A stretch of 64,000 bases of DNA from a virus: the IMG/VR virus record IMGVR_UViG_3300042691_040495, positions 1 through 64,000 of that record. One strand, given 5' to 3'. The position numbers and the translations under genes are program-made. The notes beneath the pieces are model-generated. The model made no database searches. It worked only from the letters and a program-made list of their open reading frames with translations, and was not told where the DNA came from. Shown one piece after another: positions 39,795 to 49,727 of this stretch (position 1 is its first letter; the number at the start of each line of letters is the position of its first letter).

Positions 39795-42540
39795 ACTAGC
39801 AATAGTCTTATATTTATATTATACAGATTTATGGCCAGAGTTTAAACACTTATTAAGTCGTTTAGATCTGAACTATACTTTGTATTTAGGATTATGTAAA
39901 GATAATGATAATTCCGAAATCTTAAATGATCTTAACTCTTTAAAATGCCAAACTAAAATTAGTTATCATGAAAATTATGGAGCAGATATAGCTCCTTTTC
40001 TATCTCAACTTCATGATATAAAAGAACCTCTTTTCATTAAAATCCATGGTAAAAAAACAAACATAGGGACTCATAACCATGTGAATTGGAGATCCATTTT
40101 ATTAAATGATTTGATTGGAGGATCTGATATAGTAGAATCAAATATTTTAGCACTTGAAGATAAATCAGTCGGTATGATATCCCCAAGACCTCTTTTATGG
40201 TCCAACTTAGAGGGATCCAATTCTTCCAAGATACAGCATCTATGTTCGGAACTAAATATAGATTACAATTCAGTGAAAGATGGATATTTTGTTGCTGGAT
40301 CTATGTTTATGTCTAGAACAAAAATTTTTAAAAGTATTTTTACAAAAAATAAAATAATAAAAATATTAGAACTACTTAGTGCAGAAACCAATAAAGTACA
40401 AGATATAGTCAATGGAACATATTCGCATTCTCTTGAAAGAATTTTTGGCTATATTATTAAATTCAAAAATTTTACTATTAATTTTTTTAATCATAATTAT
40501 ATTTTAATTAAAAATACCGATACACAAAAAATATTTCATGGAATAAAATTATATACTAATTTTATGTATTTGTTAGAAGATATGAATGTTTATGGAAAAA
40601 TATTAACAGAAACAGATGATACTAAACTAATTCAATGGTATCACTTGAATAGTCCAATAGATCAATTATATCATTTATCAGAAGATAACTATTTTATTTC
40701 TAATGGTAGTAATTCTAGTCTTCTAGATGATTCTAAAATTAATTTTCGATTTGAAACCCCTAGTAGCATATCGATATCTATTCTTTTATTTTATCCAGAA
40801 GAGTTGTCTTTAAAATCTATCAATAATATATGTTCTATGTTATTTAATAAATGTCATGAATTAAATATACTAAAAATAATACTAAATATTAGAAATAATT
40901 CATTAAATTATAATTCAGAAATTATTAAAAATAATATTCTAAATTTACAAGAATACTATGGTAATTTAAATAAATTAGATATACAAATTAATTATTTTGA
41001 AAATTTTAATTATGGATATGGCCGTGGTCACAATGAAAATTTTAACATAGACTCGGATGCTGAATACTTTTTTGTACTAAATGACGATATATTTTTTCCT
41101 AATCTTGATTGGATGAATAGATGCTTTAAAGAGTTTCATGAACAACAGGATTTGGCAATTATCGGATCAGAACAGTCTCCTCAATTTTTAGATAATTTAG
41201 CCAATGGAATACTGAGGCCTATAATCGAAACGAATAATCCAGATTATTCTGAGGGATCGATACTTCTGATAAAATCGGATATTTTTAAACAGATTAATGG
41301 ATTTGATACTTCTTTAGAATATTGTTATTATGAAGACGTAGATTTGTGTCTTAGGGTTAAGCAGCTTGGGTATAAGATTAAAAACATAACTATTAAACAT
41401 CAGCATTTTAGATCAAGTAGTTCATCCAAACTTCCGATTATAGCAAGAGAATCTATAAGTGAATTAAATAGAGCAAAATTTTTATCTAAATGGGGTGGAT
41501 TTATACAAGGGAAAAAAGAAAATTTATATAATAACATATTAATAGATATAGATTTTGATGGATTTGGTGATATTGTTGACTGTTATTATCCTATTAAACA
41601 ATTATTATTGAATAATATAAATAATAATATATATATGTATATTCCATCTAATTTATTACATTTATATTTTTCTTTAATCTTTTTTCATCCAAATATAACA
41701 TTTATAAAAAAAGAAGAAATTAATAATATAAATTATGATAGTATATATTCAACAAAAAATTTAAACCTATCTCCACCATATCATACTATGGATATTATTG
41801 CTTCTCAATTTGGAGTGGTTGACTTTGACACTGATCCAACAGCCGTATGCTCTTATTATAAAAATAAATTAAAAAATTCAACAATAATAAAACCAGATAA
41901 AAAATATATTGTTATCCATTTTGACTCTCAAAGAGAGGGTTTTGAGTCGAGGATGCCCAATCAAGAAATATTGATTTCTATAACTCAAAAACTCAGTGAA
42001 CACTATAAATTTATTATTTTAGGTAAACATTTAAAGATACCAAATATTGAATTTGAAAATCATATATCAATTTTAAAAGATAATAATATAATCTATGATT
42101 ATAGAGATTCAGGATCAATAGAGGATATGTTTATGCTAATTTCGGGATGCTTTATGTTTTTAGGAGTTGACTCGGGGCCGAGTCATATAGCTCAATTATT
42201 AAATATTCCAAGCTATATTATATATGGTCCTATCAATCCTGCAACTAAAATATACAGATATTATAATTCTGGTTGTTATTATAATTTAAATCACGAGTCT
42301 GGTTCTGGAACCTATCACAGATGCTTAAGACCATCGTATCATTATGATATGAGAAGAGATGAAAACTGCATAAAAGAAATAGATAGTTCTTTTTTGACGA
42401 CAGATATTGAAAAATTTATATCAAATAATTTTGTCTTTAATTGGATACCTATTTTTGATTCTCTAAGAAGAAATCAGAGAGAATCGATACTACTACAAAT
42501 GCATAACCCATTATATAAAAATAAAATTTTGTTAAATTAA
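39769..42540 (+). CDS. Tri-modular glycosyltransferase: RgpF-like + GT2 + GT9
   Basis: NYGADIAPF/KIHGKK/AGSMF/HSLER; LNDD/YYEDVD; DGFGD/GVDSGPSHIA. The frame is open from 39757; the start is uncertain (ATA 39769 or TTG 39880). Confidence 0.82.
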   Translation: MTNYNHQNKLAIVLYLYYTDLWPEFKHLLSRLDLNYTLYLGLCKDNDNSEILNDLNSLKCQTKISYHENYGADIAPFLSQLHDIKEPLFIKIHGKKTNIGTHNHVNWRSILLNDLIGGSDIVESNILALEDKSVGMISPRPLLWSNLEGSNSSKIQHLCSELNIDYNSVKDGYFVAGSMFMSRTKIFKSIFTKNKIIKILELLSAETNKVQDIVNGTYSHSLERIFGYIIKFKNFTINFFNHNYILIKNTDTQKIFHGIKLYTNFMYLLEDMNVYGKILTETDDTKLIQWYHLNSPIDQLYHLSEDNYFISNGSNSSLLDDSKINFRFETPSSISISILLFYPEELSLKSINNICSMLFNKCHELNILKIILNIRNNSLNYNSEIIKNNILNLQEYYGNLNKLDIQINYFENFNYGYGRGHNENFNIDSDAEYFFVLNDDIFFPNLDWMNRCFKEFHEQQDLAIIGSEQSPQFLDNLANGILRPIIETNNPDYSEGSILLIKSDIFKQINGFDTSLEYCYYEDVDLCLRVKQLGYKIKNITIKHQHFRSSSSSKLPIIARESISELNRAKFLSKWGGFIQGKKENLYNNILIDIDFDGFGDIVDCYYPIKQLLLNNINNNIYMYIPSNLLHLYFSLIFFHPNITFIKKEEINNINYDSIYSTKNLNLSPPYHTMDIIASQFGVVDFDTDPTAVCSYYKNKLKNSTIIKPDKKYIVIHFDSQREGFESRMPNQEILISITQKLSEHYKFIILGKHLKIPNIEFENHISILKDNNIIYDYRDSGSIEDMFMLISGCFMFLGVDSGPSHIAQLLNIPSYIIYGPINPATKIYRYYNSGCYYNLNHESGSGTYHRCLRPSYHYDMRRDENCIKEIDSSFLTTDIEKFISNNFVFNWIPIFDSLRRNQRESILLQMHNPLYKNKILLN

Positions 42541-42541
42541 T

Positions 42542-43342
42542 ATGATTAAAAATAAAATACATATTATATCATTTATTAAAAATGAAAAAGAATTTATAGA
42601 AACTTTTATACGATATCATATAAACATTGCTGATAAAATAACTATAATAGATAATGGATCTACGGATAATACATTAGATATAATCAATAAATACTTAAAT
42701 AATAATATCTCTTTGATTATAGATAATAGTAATTTTGATTATAAAGGCGAGATATGCACAAAACATATTAAAAAATCTGATGCCGATATAATATTTCCAT
42801 TAGACTCTGATGAATTTTTACTATATGATAACGGGTCAATAATCAAAGATGATACAAAACTTATCAGAGAATATATTCAAAATATACCAATAAATGGATA
42901 TAAATATAAAATTAATAAAATCTATAACAAAATAGAAAATACTAATAATTATTCCATTGATCAAACGTATAATTCTAATAAAATTGTTTTTCCTAGATCA
43001 GGATTTATTGAAACAGATTGTGGTTTCCATTTTGGTAAAGTCTTATTAGATAAAGATAATATAATTAATAAGATAAACATCTCGTACCTTCATTTGCATT
43101 ATTTTTCAAAGAACAGATGGCTTAAAAGCAGTAATCAGAAACTAAAAGCCAGACTACAGGATAAATTCAACGACTTAGATAGTATTGTAGGTTTAGCCAG
43201 CAGCCAAAATAAATCTAATCATATAGCCAAAGAAATGATTTATTACCTTGGTACAAACAACTGGCACAGACTAAAACATGATGTGTCCTTTGAAACTCCC
43301 TTCTTGACTTCTTTGTTCCAAAGTGATATGATACCTTCATGA
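42542..43342 (+). CDS. GT2-like glycosyltransferase
   Basis: IKNE, IIDNGSTD, PLDSDEF. Confidence 0.85.
   Translation: MIKNKIHIISFIKNEKEFIETFIRYHINIADKITIIDNGSTDNTLDIINKYLNNNISLIIDNSNFDYKGEICTKHIKKSDADIIFPLDSDEFLLYDNGSIIKDDTKLIREYIQNIPINGYKYKINKIYNKIENTNNYSIDQTYNSNKIVFPRSGFIETDCGFHFGKVLLDKDNIINKINISYLHLHYFSKNRWLKSSNQKLKARLQDKFNDLDSIVGLASSQNKSNHIAKEMIYYLGTNNWHRLKHDVSFETPFLTSLFQSDMIPS
43304..43332 (+). promoter_or_regulatory. Sigma70-type promoter, probably giving a leaderless transcript
   Basis: TTGACT-N17-TATGAT, with the ATG 7 nt downstream at 43339. Confidence 0.6.
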
Positions 43343-43806
43343 GACCATCATGGACTGATTACTTTTTAGGATTGGCAAAAGTTGTTTCTCAACGAAGCCA
43401 CGACGCTCAAACTCAGCACGGCTGTGTAATTACGGATAACCATAATAGAATATTGGGTGTTGGTTACAACGGCTTTGCTCGCGGTCTTGATGATACTAAA
43501 TTACCAAATATTAGGCCAGAAAAATATCCGTGGATGATTCATGCAGAAAGAAATGCTTTGTCTAATTGTATTGTTAGGCCAGATAATGGAGTAGCATATG
43601 TTACTGGCCAATGCTGCAATGACTGCATAATGGCATTATGGCAAGAAGGCGTAACTAAAGTATTTATGGCCGATGATCACGGAACAAAATTGTTTGACAG
43701 TGAAGCAAAAAATAGATTTGATACTTTTGTAGATATGAGTGGTATAGAAATTTTTTATATTAAGCCAGATCTATCTTGGCTCAAAGGGTTGTGTGGTGTA
43801 TTATGA
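43339..43806 (+). CDS. dCMP deaminase
   Basis: GYNG, HAERNA, CCNDC zinc site. Confidence 0.93.
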   Translation: MRPSWTDYFLGLAKVVSQRSHDAQTQHGCVITDNHNRILGVGYNGFARGLDDTKLPNIRPEKYPWMIHAERNALSNCIVRPDNGVAYVTGQCCNDCIMALWQEGVTKVFMADDHGTKLFDSEAKNRFDTFVDMSGIEIFYIKPDLSWLKGLCGVL

Positions 43807-43940
43807 ATGCATTAGTATATTATATATCATGTGGGATATATTTCTACAACAGGTGGTTTAATGGTAGCTCAGAAACTACAGATCTTTCTTTTCAAGCCAC
43901 TGTCTTAATAGGCATAATTGTAATTTTAAATAGGAGATAA
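43803..43940 (+). CDS. 45-aa hydrophobic protein (not in ORF track)
   Basis: ATGA overlap with the deaminase; it ends immediately before the RNR start. Confidence 0.5.
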   Translation: MNALVYYISCGIYFYNRWFNGSSETTDLSFQATVLIGIIVILNRR

Positions 43941-43941
43941 T

Positions 43942-46131
43942 ATGTCGGCACTTCAAGAACTTCAGAATTATACATTTGTTAGTAAGTATGCTCGTTGGAT
44001 AGAAGATAAAAATCGTAGAGAAACTTGGAAAGAAGCTGTTGATCGCGTAAAAAGTATGATGCATATCCAGTATCCGCATATTAAAGAAGATATTGATTGG
44101 GCATATGATATGATGTATAAGAAGAAAGTTCTAGGTAGCCAAAGAGCGCTTCAATTTGGTGGAGAGCCTATTCTAAAAAGACATGCAAAAATATACAATT
44201 GCACTAGTTCTTATTGTGATCGTTTACGATTTTTTCAAGAGTGTTTTTGGCTATTACTCTGCGGCAGCGGAACAGGATTTAGTGTCCAAAAGCACCATGT
44301 TGCTAAACTACCAACATTAGAACATGATATTCCTGATAATAATGAAGGTATAAAATATGTAATTGAAGATAGTATCGAAGGGTGGGCAGACGCTCTTGGT
44401 GTTCTTCTCAGTTCATACTTTAGTAAACCAATTGAAGAATTCAAGATGTACAAAAATACTTATGTAGTTTTTGATTATTCAAATATTAGACCAAAGGGAT
44501 CCTCATTAGCTAGTGGAGTAGGTAAAGCTCCCGGATTTGAGCCACTACAAAATGGACTAGAAAAAATTAGAATTCTGCTGGATCGTTGTATTTCTAATGG
44601 CCAGAAAAAACTACGACCAATTGATGCATATGATATTGTGATGCACAGTAGTGATGCTGTTTTAAGTGGCGGAGTTAGACGCAGTGCTAGTCTCGCCTTG
44701 TTCAGTCACGATGATGAGGAAATGGCAAAAGCAAAAACCGGTAACTGGTATATGGACAATCCTCAAAGAGCAAGAAGCAATAATTCAGCACTTCTGCTCA
44801 AAAATGAAACGACATTTGAAGAATTCCAAGAATTGATGGAGAGCGTTAAAGAATTTGGAGAACCAGGATTTATTTGGAGTGATTCAACGGAGATGACTTT
44901 TAATCCTTGTGTAGAAGTAGGAATGTGGCCAGTAGATGAAGAAACTGGTAAGAGCGGATGGCAAGGATGCAATCTATCAACTATTAATTGTTCATCTATC
45001 GAAGATGAAGATGATTTTTATGAAAGATGCAAAGCCGCTGCTATTATTGGTACTCTACAAGCAGGATTTACTAAACTAGACTATCTTGGAGAGACTAGCT
45101 GTCGAATCTTTGAAAGAGAAGCTCTATTAGGAGTCTCATTAACCGGAACAATGGAAAAACATGATTTGGTACTGTCAGAAAAAGTACTACGCAATGGTGC
45201 AAAAATTGCTGTAGAAACTAACAAAGAAATTTCTAAAAAAATAGGCATTAATCAGGCTGCCAGAGTAACGTGTTTAAAACCAGAGGGAACAAGTAGTAGT
45301 ATGCTAGGAACCAGCTCTGGTATCCATCCTCATCATGCCAAAAGATATATTCGTCATGTGCAAGCTAATGTACTAGAAGCTCCGTATCAGCATTTCAAGA
45401 AAGTTAATCCTCAAGCATGTGTTAAATCCTCATGGTCGGCTAATAACACGGATGAGGTTATAAAATTTCCAATTGAGGTACCAGATGGTGCAAAATTAAA
45501 AAATCAATTGCCCGCTTTAGAAATGTTATCAGTTGTTAAAGATACTCAGAAAAACTGGGTTCAAAGTGGTAAAAATAGATCTTTATGCACACAAGATTAT
45601 CTTAGTCATAATGTAAGCAATACTGTAACTGTTAAACCAGATGAGTGGGATGCTGTAACAAAGTATATTTATGACAATAGAAAATATTTTGCCGGAATCA
45701 GCTTGATTCCTCAAAGCGGAGATAAGGACTATCCGCAGGCCCCATTCACAACAGTTTACACCAGTAGAGAAATTGTTAAAGAATACGGAGACGCTGCTCT
45801 ATGGTGTTCAGGATTAATTGAATTAGGATTAAATGCTTTCAATAATAATTTATGGGCAGCATGTGATTATGTCAGTTTAAATCAAGCTAAAGATAATGAT
45901 AGTCAAGAAAAGTTATTATTTATTACAAAAATGAAAAATTTTGCTGGAAAATATTTTGATAGTGATATTAGACGTTTAACATATTGCATGAAAGATGTTT
46001 ATAATTGGAAAATCTATTGTGATCTTTACAACAGCTTTAAGAAAGTAGACTACACACAACTTTTAGAGAACGAAGACAATACTGCGGGCATAGAAGAAAT
46101 TAGTTGTGCTGGTGGAGCGTGTTTATTATAG
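43942..46131 (+). CDS. nrdJ: Class II (AdoCbl-dependent) ribonucleotide reductase
   Basis: RETW, YNC, GGVRRSA, NPCVE, CNLSTIN, KPEGT, C-terminal CAGGAC; no beta subunit nearby. Confidence 0.9.
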   Translation: MSALQELQNYTFVSKYARWIEDKNRRETWKEAVDRVKSMMHIQYPHIKEDIDWAYDMMYKKKVLGSQRALQFGGEPILKRHAKIYNCTSSYCDRLRFFQECFWLLLCGSGTGFSVQKHHVAKLPTLEHDIPDNNEGIKYVIEDSIEGWADALGVLLSSYFSKPIEEFKMYKNTYVVFDYSNIRPKGSSLASGVGKAPGFEPLQNGLEKIRILLDRCISNGQKKLRPIDAYDIVMHSSDAVLSGGVRRSASLALFSHDDEEMAKAKTGNWYMDNPQRARSNNSALLLKNETTFEEFQELMESVKEFGEPGFIWSDSTEMTFNPCVEVGMWPVDEETGKSGWQGCNLSTINCSSIEDEDDFYERCKAAAIIGTLQAGFTKLDYLGETSCRIFEREALLGVSLTGTMEKHDLVLSEKVLRNGAKIAVETNKEISKKIGINQAARVTCLKPEGTSSSMLGTSSGIHPHHAKRYIRHVQANVLEAPYQHFKKVNPQACVKSSWSANNTDEVIKFPIEVPDGAKLKNQLPALEMLSVVKDTQKNWVQSGKNRSLCTQDYLSHNVSNTVTVKPDEWDAVTKYIYDNRKYFAGISLIPQSGDKDYPQAPFTTVYTSREIVKEYGDAALWCSGLIELGLNAFNNNLWAACDYVSLNQAKDNDSQEKLLFITKMKNFAGKYFDSDIRRLTYCMKDVYNWKIYCDLYNSFKKVDYTQLLENEDNTAGIEEISCAGGACLL

Positions 46132-46158
46132 AACAATTTTTTAACTTATGCTTATAAA

Positions 46159-46172
46159 GGTGTATTATTAAT
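46159..46172 (+). promoter_or_regulatory. GGTGTAT motif (candidate phage promoter)
   Basis: ggtgtattattaat, intergenic, before phoH. Confidence 0.65.
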
Positions 46173-46212
46173 GTAGTATTTTAATACTCCTTATATAAGA
46201 AAAGGGCACACA

Positions 46213-46944
46213 TTGAGAAAAACTAATAAAAACTCAAAAAAGAAAATTAAAGTTATTGATGCAACAAATAATTTGGAACCAAAAGGAGCCGCTTATAGAA
46301 ATCGATTAAAACCAAGAACCGACAATCAAAAAGAATACATAAGGACGATTGCAGAAAATACTATTACATTTTGTCAAGGTTTAGCTGGTAGTGGTAAAAC
46401 ACACATTGCTATTGGAATGGCTCTTGAATATCTTTTAGATGAAAAAGTTAAAAAGATTATTATCACAAGACCAATATTAGAGGCGGGAGAAAAAATGGGA
46501 TATCTCCCAGGTTCCGCAGAAGAGAAGTTACATCCTTATTTATTACCTATACTAGATGAAATCGGGCATTTTATAAGTTCGGCCCACTATGCTTCTCTTA
46601 GACTGAATAATAAGGTTGAGGTTGTGCCATTAGGACTTATGAGAGGTCGTAATTTTCATAACGCTTTTATTGTTGCGGATGAGTGTCAAAACGCTTCATA
46701 TGAACAATTAAAAATGTTAATAACAAGAACCGGGCAGTCTAGTAAAATGGTCTTAACTGGTGATGTTGCTCAGTCTGACTTAAGCAGACACCTACAAGGT
46801 GGTTTTAGTGATATGATATCGGCCCTTAATGGAGTTGAAAGTATAGGATATTCTAAATTAGAAGCCTCAGATATTGTAAGAAATCCAATTATCTCTAAAA
46901 TCTTATATAGACTTGATGATTATGAGCAGCAAAGCCGAAAATAG
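46213..46944 (+). CDS. phoH: PhoH-family ATPase
   Basis: GLAGSGKT, GYLPG, MRGR, DECQN, GDVAQSD. Confidence 0.96.
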   Translation: MRKTNKNSKKKIKVIDATNNLEPKGAAYRNRLKPRTDNQKEYIRTIAENTITFCQGLAGSGKTHIAIGMALEYLLDEKVKKIIITRPILEAGEKMGYLPGSAEEKLHPYLLPILDEIGHFISSAHYASLRLNNKVEVVPLGLMRGRNFHNAFIVADECQNASYEQLKMLITRTGQSSKMVLTGDVAQSDLSRHLQGGFSDMISALNGVESIGYSKLEASDIVRNPIISKILYRLDDYEQQSRK

Positions 46945-47512
46945 TAAATGTTTATTATTGAATGCAGACTATGCCCCTCTGAGGATAATATCTTGGCAGA
47001 GGGCTATAGTTTGGTCTATTAGATATGAAAACAATAATAATTATGGTATTGAAATATTATCATATTATGAGGATAAACATATACAAGGTTCTGCTGGAAA
47101 ACAATATCCAGTTCCAGCAGTAGCCAAAACCTTAAGATATTTTAATCTCTATAATAGAAAGATTAATTTTTCTAGACATAATTTATTTATACGAGATAAT
47201 CATACATGTCAATATTGCGGCATTCAACTATGTTCATCACAACTAACATATGATCATATAATTCCAAAATGCAGATTCAATGAGAATAAAAAATTATCAA
47301 CCAATTGGAATAATATAGTTACTGCATGTAGACCATGTAATCATAAAAAGGGGAATAGAACCCCTAAAGAAGCAGGAATGAAACTAATAAATTCGCCAAT
47401 AGAACCTAATTACTCTTTAGAGTACTTGCCCTGGTTTCAAGAAATCTCTACTATAAGGGGTGGACCTTCGTATGAATTGTGGAAACCCTTTATAAATATA
47501 CAATATGCATGA
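46922..47512 (+). CDS. HNH endonuclease (McrA-like)
   Basis: LLLNADY, RDNHTCQYC, DHIIP, NIVTACRPCN. Confidence 0.92.
   Translation: MSSKAENSKCLLLNADYAPLRIISWQRAIVWSIRYENNNNYGIEILSYYEDKHIQGSAGKQYPVPAVAKTLRYFNLYNRKINFSRHNLFIRDNHTCQYCGIQLCSSQLTYDHIIPKCRFNENKKLSTNWNNIVTACRPCNHKKGNRTPKEAGMKLINSPIEPNYSLEYLPWFQEISTIRGGPSYELWKPFINIQYA
47426..47454 (+). promoter_or_regulatory. Possible sigma70-type promoter
   Basis: TTGCCC-N17-TACTAT upstream of 47505. Confidence 0.4.
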
Positions 47513-47912
47513 CTTTATTTTTAACGCTAAACCCTCTGATATACTAGAGATGTTTTATTGTTTGAAAGGCAAAGAAGATTTTATTGACTCTGATGGAAAT
47601 CCAAGAGTATCCGACAAGGATTCTGATAGCATAGCGGCTAAATGTATACAAAACAAAAAAGCTAAAAGTTTTCAAGCATCATCAAATAACTATAGTTACT
47701 ATATCAGAACAACACCAAATGCAACATTATTTAATCCAATAGAAAAATTATCTCCAATTAAAGATAAAAGACAATTTGATTTCATAGATTCTACTTGTAA
47801 AGATAAGTGGATGTTTGTTGAAGTTAGTAAAATAACATTTGATAAGTATATAAAATTTTTAGTCACAAAAAATATATCTTGGCTAAAGGAAGCTAATAGA
47901 GATTTAAAATAA
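47505..47912 (+). CDS. Hypothetical protein, paralog of 48600..48977
   Basis: Shared FIFN, YCL.G, LFNP and FL.TKN.SWL motifs. Confidence 0.75.
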   Translation: MHDFIFNAKPSDILEMFYCLKGKEDFIDSDGNPRVSDKDSDSIAAKCIQNKKAKSFQASSNNYSYYIRTTPNATLFNPIEKLSPIKDKRQFDFIDSTCKDKWMFVEVSKITFDKYIKFLVTKNISWLKEANRDLK

Positions 47913-47913
47913 T

Positions 47914-48258
47914 ATGCCGACATATTCTTATGATTGTGAAGCATGCTCTTGTGAATTTGAATTATTCTTCTATATTAAAGATTACCAAGAACATCCAAAA
48001 TGCCCAAACTGCAAGTCTTTGAAAACATATAGATTATGTGCAAAAGATGCACTAACTCAAAATACATCAGTTAAAAAATCTGATAGCGAGCTTAAAACGC
48101 TAGGAGATTTGGCCAATAGAAACAGAGATAAGATGAGTGAAGATGAAAAAATAGCTCTTCATAATAAACACAACTCATATAAAGAAGATCCACCAGTTAA
48201 TGAACTTCCTAAAGGAATGAAAAGACTTAAGAAACAATCAAAAATTAAATGGACATGA
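47914..48258 (+). CDS. FmdB-like zinc-ribbon protein
   Basis: MPTYSYDCEAC...CPNC. Confidence 0.85.
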   Translation: MPTYSYDCEACSCEFELFFYIKDYQEHPKCPNCKSLKTYRLCAKDALTQNTSVKKSDSELKTLGDLANRNRDKMSEDEKIALHNKHNSYKEDPPVNELPKGMKRLKKQSKIKWT

Positions 48259-48259
48259 T

Positions 48260-48607
48260 ATGAAAGAAATAACACAAGAAGAAAAAGATAATATTCTGAA
48301 TGCTCTAGATAACATTAAAAAACAATTGAGCGGCCATGATTTATCTGACTATATCTCAAAAGATAATGTTAAACTTATAGAATGTAAACATGAAATAGTA
48401 ATCAGTGTTATAGCAAGTGTTTTTGAAGAAAATGAAACTGGAGAAACAATAGGAGCTAAAGAGATAGCGAAGAAAAACTATCATATACCAGTTCCATCCA
48501 ATAAAAACTATCAGGAATATTTAAGTGGATTTTTTAATTTTCTAGAAAACTGTATGACATCGTCTGCACAAAATATGGAAACAGAAGGAGAGACTGATAA
48601 TGGATAA
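48260..48607 (+). CDS. Hypothetical protein
   Basis: Operonic ORF. Confidence 0.7.
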   Translation: MKEITQEEKDNILNALDNIKKQLSGHDLSDYISKDNVKLIECKHEIVISVIASVFEENETGETIGAKEIAKKNYHIPVPSNKNYQEYLSGFFNFLENCMTSSAQNMETEGETDNG

Positions 48608-48977
48608 TTTCATTTTTAATCCAACTGATCGAGTTGATTTTACAGATACGGGCTATTATTGTCTTATCGGCTCAGAGAATTACATAGATGGTGAAGGATA
48701 TCCTAGACTTGAAAAAGATAGTAAAAAAGTATTAGCAAAAAAAATAATTAAAACAGATTCTCAGCCGCAATATTTTATTAAGATTTCTAATAATAATAAA
48801 CTATTTAATCCATTAGGATCTGGTCTAGAGGATAAATCATACAGCATAGTAGATAATGTATGTAGGCCATCCGATAAATTTAGGGCTGTAAATGAAAAAG
48901 TATTTAATATGTATTTAAATTTTCTATCAACTAAAAACACATCATGGTTAACAAGAGCAGAAAGAGAGATAATCTAA
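48600..48977 (+). CDS. Hypothetical protein, paralog of 47505..47912
   Basis: Motifs shared with the paralog; GGAG RBS. Confidence 0.75.
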   Translation: MDNFIFNPTDRVDFTDTGYYCLIGSENYIDGEGYPRLEKDSKKVLAKKIIKTDSQPQYFIKISNNNKLFNPLGSGLEDKSYSIVDNVCRPSDKFRAVNEKVFNMYLNFLSTKNTSWLTRAEREII

Positions 48978-49303
48978 TGGCTAAACTAAACAAAACACAG
49001 AAGTATGCTATACAATGGTTAAATTCTACTGGTTATGCAAGTGAGGCTATTGCTAAAGAATTAAATCTAACAGTGGAACAAATAGAGTCAATTATACCAA
49101 AAGTAGATACTCCAGTAGCAGATAATAAAGTCCAATCAATATCATCAGCAAAAGATTTAATGATTACACATACGTCTGGTAAAAAAATCAATTCGGTTGC
49201 TATAATGACAAAGGAAGCATCAGAAATTGTTGATACATCCAATAAAAATGCTCCAGTAATTAATATTGATAATAAAAAAGGAATTTTTAGACCTAAAAAA
49301 TAA
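48977..49303 (+). CDS. HTH-containing protein
   Basis: GYASEAIAKELNLTVEQI; TAATG overlap at the start. Confidence 0.65.
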   Translation: MAKLNKTQKYAIQWLNSTGYASEAIAKELNLTVEQIESIIPKVDTPVADNKVQSISSAKDLMITHTSGKKINSVAIMTKEASEIVDTSNKNAPVINIDNKKGIFRPKK

Positions 49304-49304
49304 T

Positions 49305-49727
49305 ATGTATCCATCAAGATACTCTAATGGCAAAACCGTCTCTGCTGCTCAATATATTACAGAGCTAATATGTGAGCATAAGGCCCGTATAGAAAAATTG
49401 GATCTTCATTATAGATTTTGGACTAATAAGGAGTGGTCTAAATACTATAGAGATCAGATAGCAACAGCCAATAAGCTTTTAAAGAAGTATACAGCCAAAG
49501 CTATCATCAGAGCATTGAATGACAAAAAAGCAGAAAAAATCTATTCTTTGCGAGCGCCGCATCTAGTTGCTATTATAGACCACCATGAGTCTATTTTAGG
49601 ATCTGAGAACACGGACTTAACGGAGAATATAGACAGATCAGAAAAGAAAACTTTCAGACAAAAAACAAATACAAAACAGGGCATACTTTCTAGATTAAAG
49701 GAATTAGATGATGGCAACAACTCTTAA
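49305..49727 (+). CDS. Hypothetical protein
   Basis: Likely start MYPSRY; immediately upstream of recA. Confidence 0.7.
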   Translation: MYPSRYSNGKTVSAAQYITELICEHKARIEKLDLHYRFWTNKEWSKYYRDQIATANKLLKKYTAKAIIRALNDKKAEKIYSLRAPHLVAIIDHHESILGSENTDLTENIDRSEKKTFRQKTNTKQGILSRLKELDDGNNS

